Below, in pieces: positions 7,091-12,834 of a DNA stretch of 37,556 bases (position 1 is the first letter of the stretch; each line of letters begins with the position of its first letter). The notes under the pieces were generated by a model. The model had not been told where the DNA came from. It ran no database searches and saw only the letters and a program-made list of their open reading frames with translations. The DNA lies in the IMG/VR virus record IMGVR_UViG_3300030090_005537, positions 1 to 37,556 of that record; one strand, given 5' to 3'. This stretch comes from a virus. The position numbers and the translations under genes were made by a program.

Positions 7091-7115
7091 CAAAAACCCT
7101 TTAAAGGTTTTTGTT
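7089..7115. other. hairpin AACAAAAACC / GGTTTTTGTT (about 10 bp, 7-nt loop)
   Basis: Inverted repeat immediately right of the TA tract; same layout as 36631-36656. Confidence 0.6.
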
Positions 7116-7147
7116 AATATTTATAATAAATAGAAAAGGAGAATAAA

Positions 7148-7384
7148 ATGAATAAATCAGATAAGTTTTTTGAAGTTAAGTACGAAACAAACCAAGAGGG
7201 TTGGAGAACTAGATGGGCAGTAAAAGCTAGGACTAAAGACCAAGCTATAGGTTATGTTTGTAGAATGGTTACACAGAAAACTATGACTAAAGGTGTATGG
7301 TTTAGACCTATAGAATGTAATGATGTTACTGAGGAAGTTAGAGATGGTAGCTATAAGCAGGAAGAAGTATCAGAGGTAGCATAA
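7148..7384 (+). CDS. hypothetical protein, 78 aa, inside the insertion
   Basis: ORF track; AAAAGGAG RBS; no homing-endonuclease motif recognised. Confidence 0.75.
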   Translation: MNKSDKFFEVKYETNQEGWRTRWAVKARTKDQAIGYVCRMVTQKTMTKGVWFRPIECNDVTEEVRDGSYKQEEVSEVA

Positions 7385-7518
7385 TGAAGATAACACATTG
7401 GACTATAAAATATACAACAGAAGATGGTAGCGAGCATTATGTGTCTGAAGTACCTGATTGGGTTGCAGATGATGTTGATGAGTTCCTAACTAGCTTAGAA
7501 CAAGAGTGCCTGAGTTAG
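7384..7518 (+). CDS. micro-protein, 44 aa, acidic, inside the insertion
   Basis: ATG overlaps previous stop (ATAATG); MKITHWTIKYTTEDGSEHYVSEVPDWVADDVDEFLTSLEQECLS. Confidence 0.5.
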   Translation: MKITHWTIKYTTEDGSEHYVSEVPDWVADDVDEFLTSLEQECLS

Positions 7519-7691
7519 ATAAGGAATTAGGCAAGGTTGCAGATAAGTGTCAAGTATGTTTATCTGTTTCCTATAGACCTAGAATTATGTATCTAATAAA
7601 GCCACATACAGCAGTAGCAAGTCTAGTAGAAGATTATAGAAAGAAGATTTGTACCAAGTGTTATAATGGTATGTTTGGAAAGAAAAAATAA
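7506..7691 (+). CDS. 61-aa zinc-ribbon-like protein (CQVC...CTKC), inside the insertion
   Basis: ORF track (GTG start, weak RBS); two CxxC pairs argue for a real product. Confidence 0.5.
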   Translation: MPELDKELGKVADKCQVCLSVSYRPRIMYLIKPHTAVASLVEDYRKKICTKCYNGMFGKKK

Positions 7692-7800
7692 ATAGAGAGT
7701 CAATAACTGGTCCTGTAAGTCCTAGAGGAATTAAGGGCGAAAGCCAAAGGCTACTTCGGTAGGTGAATCTAGGCAAAGGAATATGTGAGGCTCTCTATTT
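7690..7800 (+). ncRNA. about 110-nt structured RNA element (Y-shaped fold with GAAA and UUCG tetraloops)
   Basis: Closing helix AAATAGAGAG(TC)/(GG)CTCTCTATTT; helices TCCT/AGGA and CCTAGA/TCTAGG; hairpins GGC-GAAA-GCC and CTAC-TTCG-GTAG; noticeably more G+C than the flanks. Confidence 0.5.
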
Positions 7801-8288
7801 TAAAGGGAATTATGATAAAGAATGTTTATGTAGAAGAGCCTATCTTTCTAGAAGATTTAAAAGTTAGAGGGTTTGCAGATTTAATAATAGAATTAGATGA
7901 TGGTAGGGTTTATCTCTATGATATCAAGACTATAAATGCTTGGTCTTATAGAATGAAGTTTGGTAGGAATAAAGAGAAAGAGCCTAGCATACATCAAGAA
8001 TTGCAAGTAGCAATATATGGAGTTGGGGTCAAGAGGAGGTTTGGTAGATTAGATGGAATGTCTCTACTATACTACAATAAGGACACTTCAGTACTTAAGG
8101 AGGTAGACATAGATATGTCAAGGTTACTTACTGCTGAATCTTATTGGAAAGAAATCGTAAAAGAGCATTCTTTAGGTTTACCAAATCTCAGACCCAATGT
8201 ATCTCCTGTTATGGAATGGGAGTGCAGATATTGTATGTATAAAACACAATGTGATAATGATAATAGAAAGGAGTTCACTAATGAGTGA
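7785..8288 (+). CDS. Cas4-like PD-(D/E)XK exonuclease, C-terminal fragment (exon 2?)
   Basis: GFADLI (motif II), LYDIKT (D/E-x-K), QVAIY, and C-terminal CRYCMYKTQC (three Fe-S Cys). If translated separately, the start would be GTG 7785 or ATG 7812. Confidence 0.75.
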   Translation: MRLSILKGIMIKNVYVEEPIFLEDLKVRGFADLIIELDDGRVYLYDIKTINAWSYRMKFGRNKEKEPSIHQELQVAIYGVGVKRRFGRLDGMSLLYYNKDTSVLKEVDIDMSRLLTAESYWKEIVKEHSLGLPNLRPNVSPVMEWECRYCMYKTQCDNDNRKEFTNE

Positions 8289-8898
8289 TTCTAATAATGA
8301 GATAGTAGCAAAGGCTCAAGCATTGCAGGCTCAGCTAAACAACCTAGTTGTTAAGCATAAGAATTTATCTGATACAAAGACACCTAAGCCTTATATAGAA
8401 ACTAGGGCAGATGGTTTTGACTATGTAGACGAGGGTTATATGAGAGGTTTGCTAAATGAGCATTTCCCTATATGGAATTGGGAGATTAAAAAGTATGAGG
8501 TTCTAGGAGATGTTGAGATTATAGTTCATGGTAGATTGACTATAGTAGATGAGGGTTTGCCTAGATACTTTGAAGCCATAGCTTCGCATAGAATAGCCAA
8601 AAATGCAAAAGGGTATGTAAACATATCTAATAACCTAAAGTCTGCAAATACAGATGCTTTTAAGGTTGCAGTTAATAGATTATGCAATATAGCAGATGAT
8701 GTTTACAGAAAGCAGGTTGTAGATTATAATTTAGATGATAAGCAAAAAGATAATCTAGAAAAAATTCTATCAGACATAGGTAATGTAGAATTGTCTGATA
8801 AAATAAAAGACGAAGTAGATAGTTTGGGTATAAACTCTCAAAACTATAAACAAACAATAATAAAACTAAATAAAATGAAGGAGAGTGTAAATGAGTAG
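8281..8898 (+). CDS. Rad52/Sak-like single-strand annealing protein, 205 aa
   Basis: DGFDYVDEGYMRGLLNEHFPIWNWEI and SANTDAFKVAVNRL match the Rad52-family core pattern. ATG 8281 follows GAAAGGAG (the track start 8197 is an overlap artefact). Confidence 0.7.
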   Translation: MSDSNNEIVAKAQALQAQLNNLVVKHKNLSDTKTPKPYIETRADGFDYVDEGYMRGLLNEHFPIWNWEIKKYEVLGDVEIIVHGRLTIVDEGLPRYFEAIASHRIAKNAKGYVNISNNLKSANTDAFKVAVNRLCNIADDVYRKQVVDYNLDDKQKDNLEKILSDIGNVELSDKIKDEVDSLGINSQNYKQTIIKLNKMKESVNE

Positions 8899-9493
8899 TA
8901 TATTAGATGCTATGGAGAAAAGTGAGACACATCACTATTATGACCCTAGCCAAAATAAAAATGTAACATTGGTAGCAAAGCAGTTATATCCAAGCCATAT
9001 AACAGAATGCAAAGTAGCAGAAGTTTCTGTTAGAAAAAAATACAAAGCAAAGGTATTTAATTTCTATGTAGAAATAGCAGATGCTGTTAAAGAGTTAACC
9101 TTTACTACAGCCAATGGCAATCAAGTTAAAGGTGCATCTTATGCAGGCAGGAGAGTTAAAGGTGGTGGAGTATTTTTCTTCCTTAACCCTACAGAGGGAG
9201 ATGACTTTGAGGCAAATCCTGGTGGCAACGATAAGTACTTACATTTCTGTGAGTCTATTGGTATAGAGTGTCCTGAAGTAGAAGTTGAAATAGATGGCGA
9301 AAAGAGAATGGTTAAAACCCTTCCTGAATTGCAACCTGAAGATATTATAGGTAAGCCTTTAATGTCTTATATAGATGTTGCCCCTTGGAAAGATAAAGAT
9401 GGTAATCAGAAATTCTCTATGAATGTCAAGAACTTTGACAAGTGGACAGATGGAGATACTAGAGACCTAGAGATGGAGGATTTACCATTTTGA
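8891..9493 (+). CDS. putative ssDNA-binding protein, 200 aa
   Basis: Position after the exonuclease/annealase pair; C-terminal acidic tail LEMEDLPF resembles the SSB DDDIPF partner-binding tip; GAAGGAG RBS. Confidence 0.55.
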   Translation: MSSILDAMEKSETHHYYDPSQNKNVTLVAKQLYPSHITECKVAEVSVRKKYKAKVFNFYVEIADAVKELTFTTANGNQVKGASYAGRRVKGGGVFFFLNPTEGDDFEANPGGNDKYLHFCESIGIECPEVEVEIDGEKRMVKTLPELQPEDIIGKPLMSYIDVAPWKDKDGNQKFSMNVKNFDKWTDGDTRDLEMEDLPF

Positions 9494-9633
9494 TTAGAAA
9501 AGCAAGCAAAAAGCTAGACTTTCTTATGTTCTTGCATAGCAAGCTTGGTATCAGTAGAGACTTTGTTTGCAATCAAGCAGGTATATCTAGGGCTACCTTC
9601 TATAGGTACAAAAAAGAAAAATCTAGTAAATAA
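9490..9633 (+). CDS. mini helix-turn-helix protein, 47 aa (TTG start) or 35 aa (ATG 9526)
   Basis: Hand translation ...LGISRDFVCNQAGISRATFYRYKKEKSSK; the GISRATFYRY pattern is a typical HTH recognition helix; start overlaps the SSB stop. Confidence 0.5.
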   Translation: MIRKASKKLDFLMFLHSKLGISRDFVCNQAGISRATFYRYKKEKSSK

Positions 9634-9657
9634 TAAAAAAAAGTAGTAATTTCAAAC

Positions 9658-9719
9658 TGAGGGGGTGGGTTTCTTTTTAGTGAGTCTCTCTCGCTATTCC
9701 TTTCTTACCTACCCTCTCA
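9658..9719 (+). promoter_or_regulatory. structured leader: 12-13 bp G-rich/pyrimidine helix enclosing a 36-nt pyrimidine-rich loop
   Basis: TGAGGGGGTGGGT (9658-9670) pairs with ACCTACCCTCTCA (9707-9719) using two G-U pairs, so it works only on the + strand. An alternative AGTGAG/CTCACT helix (9679-84/9716-21) competes with it. Confidence 0.4.
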
Positions 9720-9735
9720 CTACTAAGGGAGTTTT

Positions 9736-9873
9736 ATGAAAAGTGAGTATGTAAGTAAAAAGAGAATGGATAGATATAGAGAAGCATCTAATGGGAAGTG
9801 GTATATTTATAAATACTTTATATCTTCTTATTTAGAGAATAGGAATGCAAGGAATGCATCGAGACACAAATAG
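9736..9873 (+). CDS. micro-protein, 45 aa, basic
   Basis: AAGGGAG RBS; MKSEYVSKKRMDRYREASNGKWYIYKYFISSYLENRNARNASRHK. Confidence 0.55.
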   Translation: MKSEYVSKKRMDRYREASNGKWYIYKYFISSYLENRNARNASRHK

Positions 9874-9895
9874 TAAAAGTCAAAATAGTAGGCTT

Positions 9896-10021
9896 ATGGA
9901 ATGTCTTAAAATATGTGTTGATAGTTTATATTGGATAAAAAATAATAGTTCTCTGCATAATGCTAATAGGATGAGAGCTAAAGACACATTGAAAGAGATT
10001 CAAAAGATTTTAAAAAAATAA
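9896..10021 (+). CDS. micro-protein, 41 aa
   Basis: MECLKICVDSLYWIKNNSSLHNANRMRAKDTLKEIQKILKK; weak RBS. Confidence 0.4.
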   Translation: MECLKICVDSLYWIKNNSSLHNANRMRAKDTLKEIQKILKK

Positions 10022-10100
10022 TCCCCTGCTATTGAAATGGATTGTGAAATTCAGTACATTATATTGTTGACCACGATATAGTGCAGGGGAATATTGACCT
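10022..10100 (+). promoter_or_regulatory. inverted repeat TCCCCTGC/GCAGGGGA with two TTGACC boxes (candidate middle promoter/operator)
   Basis: 8-bp arms at 10022-29 and 10083-90; TTGACC at 10067-72 (17 nt before AATATT) and again at 10095-10100. Confidence 0.3.
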
Positions 10101-10113
10101 CAGAAAGGGATAA

Positions 10114-10242
10114 ATGTCATACTTTGAAGATAGAAAAAAAGTAAAATATATACATACTAATAAGAAAAGTATAGAGGAAAGGTTGTATCTGCTAGAGAAA
10201 AAAGTAGATATAATAATTAGAGAATTAAAAAATAAAAAATAG
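10114..10242 (+). CDS. micro-protein, 42 aa, coiled-coil-like
   Basis: AAAGGGA RBS; MSYFEDRKKVKYIHTNKKSIEERLYLLEKKVDIIIRELKNKK. Confidence 0.5.
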   Translation: MSYFEDRKKVKYIHTNKKSIEERLYLLEKKVDIIIRELKNKK

Positions 10243-10254
10243 GAAGGGCGATAG

Positions 10255-11544
10255 ATGTCTGATAAGGTTAATCCTTCTTCTAAAGAGGGAGAAAGAGCTA
10301 TTTTATGCTCAATATTAGAAAATAATAAAATCTTAGATGATGTTTCAGCTTATTTGCATAAGGATTATTTTTATTTCCAAGAGAATGCTAGAGCATTCGA
10401 GATACTTAGTAATATGCATCATAATGGAGAGCCAATAGATATTGCTACTGTGTGTGGCAGGCTTACAGAAAAAGATAAGGCAGATGGAGTAGATGCTTAT
10501 TATATAACAGGGCTAATGGATAATCCAACTACTAATCCAATGCACTATGCAAAACAAGTATACGAGAAACATTTATTAAGAAGTATAATAAAGAAAACGA
10601 CACTTATAAACGAGTCTGCATATAGCAATAATACAGATATTTATAATTTAATGTCTGATACTCATACGAGTATAGGGGCATTAATGGATGTAAAGCCTGG
10701 TACAAAATTTGTTATAGAAGATGAGTTAGAAGAAACTGTAGATAATATACAGAATAGTGATGTCAATATTATAAAAACAGGGTTTAATGGGATTGATTCT
10801 CTAGCAGGTGGTTTGACTAGAGGAGAGATTACTATACTTGGTGGCAGACCAGGACATGGAAAAACTACTGCTATGATTAATGTAGTTAAAGGTTGTATAG
10901 AGCAAGGCTTGAAAGTATTGGTTGTCAATAGAGAGATGACCAATGTTGAGATGCTTAAGAAGATTTTAGTTCTTGAGAGTGGAGAATTGTCATACCTATC
11001 TATTAGGAAAGGCATATTAAATGATTTAGAGACAATATCAAAGCTTAATAATGTCAAGAAAAAGGTTGCAGAGAAGTATTCAGAGGATAGGTTTTGTATG
11101 TTCGATAATCTAAATACATTCTCTCAATCTGCAGCAGAGATTAAGAAGTTTAAACCTGATATAATCTTTGATGATTATATACAGCTAATATCTCCTGAGC
11201 AGAAGTTTGACCATAGAAGATTTCAATTAGAAAAGCTAGTAAATGATTATAAATGGTTAGCAAAGAGTCAGAATGCTTGTGTCTTTTTATTATCTCAGCT
11301 TAATAGAGCATTAGAGGTTAGAGGAGATGGTAGACCTAAGTTATCTGACATTGCAGAAAGTGGTGCAATAGAACAAGTTGCAGAAAATGTTTTATTTGTA
11401 TACTATGATTTTAAGATTAATGGAAATGCTAGCAAGTATGGAGCAAACCAATTAGAAATTATAGGTTCAAAGGTTAGGTATGGAAATTCAGGCAATGCAG
11501 TTCTTCATTACGAGGGAGATAAAGTAAAATTAACACAAGGATAA
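10255..11544 (+). CDS. dnaB: DnaB-like replicative helicase, 429 aa
   Basis: N-terminal EGERAILCSIL; Walker A GGRPGHGKT; Walker B IIFDDYIQL; LLSQLNRALE motif. Confidence 0.9.
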   Translation: MSDKVNPSSKEGERAILCSILENNKILDDVSAYLHKDYFYFQENARAFEILSNMHHNGEPIDIATVCGRLTEKDKADGVDAYYITGLMDNPTTNPMHYAKQVYEKHLLRSIIKKTTLINESAYSNNTDIYNLMSDTHTSIGALMDVKPGTKFVIEDELEETVDNIQNSDVNIIKTGFNGIDSLAGGLTRGEITILGGRPGHGKTTAMINVVKGCIEQGLKVLVVNREMTNVEMLKKILVLESGELSYLSIRKGILNDLETISKLNNVKKKVAEKYSEDRFCMFDNLNTFSQSAAEIKKFKPDIIFDDYIQLISPEQKFDHRRFQLEKLVNDYKWLAKSQNACVFLLSQLNRALEVRGDGRPKLSDIAESGAIEQVAENVLFVYYDFKINGNASKYGANQLEIIGSKVRYGNSGNAVLHYEGDKVKLTQG

Positions 11545-11547
11545 TAT

Positions 11548-12078
11548 ATGAGTAATATTAAGAGTTTAGAAGAAATGAAACCTAAAAATGATACTAGGGT
11601 TTTTATAGGAATAGACCCTGGTAAAAGTGGTGGCTGTGGAATAATCTCTATAGAAGATGGAGTAGAAACACATTTAAATTTTAAGTTTCCAAAACAAATT
11701 GATTTATTAAGTGTAGGCTTAATGGCTACAATTCCTAGAGGGCTATCTTTAGAAAATGTCCATGTTCTAGTTGAGCATGTCCATGCTTTTCCAAAACAAG
11801 GAGCAGTCTCTACATTTAGCTTTGGGCAAAATCTAGGTCATTGGGAAGGTACATTATATGCTAATGAATTTAACTTTACCTATGTAAATCCAAAAGAGTG
11901 GATATATTGGTATGGTATTCCAAAAGGTTTGGAAAAAAAGAAGAGAAAAAGACTTTTATTAGAGAAGGCTAAAAAGTTATTCCCTAATATGAAGATAACA
12001 TTCAATGTTAGTGATGCAATGCTAATAGCTAACTATTGTATGGAAATGTATTATAGAAATAAAGCAAAGGAGATGTAA
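11548..12078 (+). CDS. RuvC-like Holliday junction resolvase, 176 aa
   Basis: FIGIDPGKSGG (first Asp), VLVEHVHAF (Glu), NVSDAMLIANY (C-terminal Asp); basic KKKRKR patch. Confidence 0.75.
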   Translation: MSNIKSLEEMKPKNDTRVFIGIDPGKSGGCGIISIEDGVETHLNFKFPKQIDLLSVGLMATIPRGLSLENVHVLVEHVHAFPKQGAVSTFSFGQNLGHWEGTLYANEFNFTYVNPKEWIYWYGIPKGLEKKKRKRLLLEKAKKLFPNMKITFNVSDAMLIANYCMEMYYRNKAKEM

Positions 12079-12561
12079 ATGAGTATGCACTTAAAAACTT
12101 GGGGAGAGAGAATAAATAATCCTCAAGCAAATATAGCAGAAGTAAAAGCAGAGGAGTACTACGAGTCTATGGGATTTGATGTATTTAGATTTGGGTTTGA
12201 TTTACTCCAAGAAGGGATAGATGTGTCCACTTGGTGCAAGATACCCTTGCTTATAAGGAAGAAACCTGACTATATTGTAGTCAAGAAAGGAGCTTATTTT
12301 ATTGAGGCAAAAGGTTGCGTCAATGTAATTAGGCTGAAAGAAGAAGATATCAATGCTTATAAATGGTGGAAAGAAAACCTAAATATGGATTTAGGATTTT
12401 TCTTTTACTCCACCCTGTACAAAAGGCATTTAAATGTATCTTATAATCAAGTAATTAAATATTTACCAAAATGTGAAAAAGAGGAGTTTATGGATAATGG
12501 AAAGAAATACTACAAGGTCTATTTTGAGTTATTGGAAGGATTTATTAGAGATGAAAGGTAA
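12079..12561 (+). CDS. PD-(D/E)XK-fold nuclease, Hjc/VRR-NUC-like (tentative), 160 aa
   Basis: AEVKAEEYYESMGFDVFRFG ... KPDYIVVKKGAYFIEAKG fits an E...D...E-x-K restriction-endonuclease-like core; AAAGGAG RBS. Confidence 0.55.
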   Translation: MSMHLKTWGERINNPQANIAEVKAEEYYESMGFDVFRFGFDLLQEGIDVSTWCKIPLLIRKKPDYIVVKKGAYFIEAKGCVNVIRLKEEDINAYKWWKENLNMDLGFFFYSTLYKRHLNVSYNQVIKYLPKCEKEEFMDNGKKYYKVYFELLEGFIRDER

Positions 12562-12784
12562 TAAAAGAGGAAACTTAATAAGAGAGATATTTAAAAATAA
12601 TAGTGAATTATATGATTTGATTTGGAAACAAGTCTATCTATTAGAAAAGTATGAATGTGATTTTAAAGATTATATTCCTGTAAATGATTTTATGGATGAG
12701 TATGAAGATATGCTTAATTTAATAGGTATAACTAGCAGAAAGTTTCTCGATGAATGGGATGATGAAGCAGATAGAAAATCGTAA
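12551..12784 (+). CDS. hypothetical acidic protein, 77 aa; last rightward gene
   Basis: Track frame 12473-12784; ATG 12551 overlaps the upstream stop (coupled). Confidence 0.65.
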   Translation: MKGNKRGNLIREIFKNNSELYDLIWKQVYLLEKYECDFKDYIPVNDFMDEYEDMLNLIGITSRKFLDEWDDEADRKS

Positions 12785-12804
12785 AACTATCTGCCTCCAC
12801 CCAA

Positions 12805-12834
12805 TAGAGAGGTGTGTATTACCACACTTCTCTA
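12805..12834. terminator. hairpin at the convergent junction (12 bp, one G-U): TAGAGAGGTGTG-tattac-CACACTTCTCTA
   Basis: Sits between the two arms; its right arm overlaps the last codons of the 365-aa late gene; no strong U-tract on either side. Confidence 0.55.

Larger units (their letters stand above)
7054..7785 (+). mobile_element. 732-nt insertion splitting the exonuclease gene (candidate group-I-like intron or gene-splitting cassette)
   Basis: Both nuclease halves are in the same frame. Removing 7054-7785 (a multiple of 3) destroys the TAA stop and yields ...KEPKENI-L-RLSILKG.... U at 7053 and G at 7785 fit group I splice-site rules. The boundaries are a hypothesis only. Confidence 0.4.

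Noticed and set aside
8197-8280. N-terminal extensions of track ORFs: 8197 versus 8281, 5240 versus 5282, 6732 versus 6756, 12473 versus 12551, 31570 versus 31525, 5731 versus 5746
   Set aside because: The upstream starts lack RBSs and overlap the preceding gene or a terminator hairpin. The internal starts sit at a proper distance from AGGAG-type sites.
9841-9858. Tandem 9-mer AGGAATGCA x2
   Set aside because: It lies inside a micro-ORF (encoding NRNARNA), has only two copies and is too short to interpret.
10662-11057. Antisense or off-frame track ORFs inside long genes: 5988-6170, 7585-7776, 8672-8857, 10662-11057, 13758-13991, 16179-16361, 18432-18662, 19465-19698, 20101-20406, 20587-20841, 21901-22095, 29636-29848, 30009-30278, 33787-34047, 34591-34791, 35738-36046, 35827-36084, 36097-36291, 36312-36509 and 36817-37068
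   Set aside because: All lie fully inside better-supported genes with recognisable motifs or operon context. They have biased shadow-frame composition and no RBS.
1-12784. Possible TAG stop-codon reassignment, suggested by the very frequent TAG/CTAG and the many short ORFs in the early arm
   Set aside because: Each short ORF has its own RBS and start and is coupled to the next. All long genes, including the late genes, are intact under the standard code. No frame continues sensibly through a TAG.
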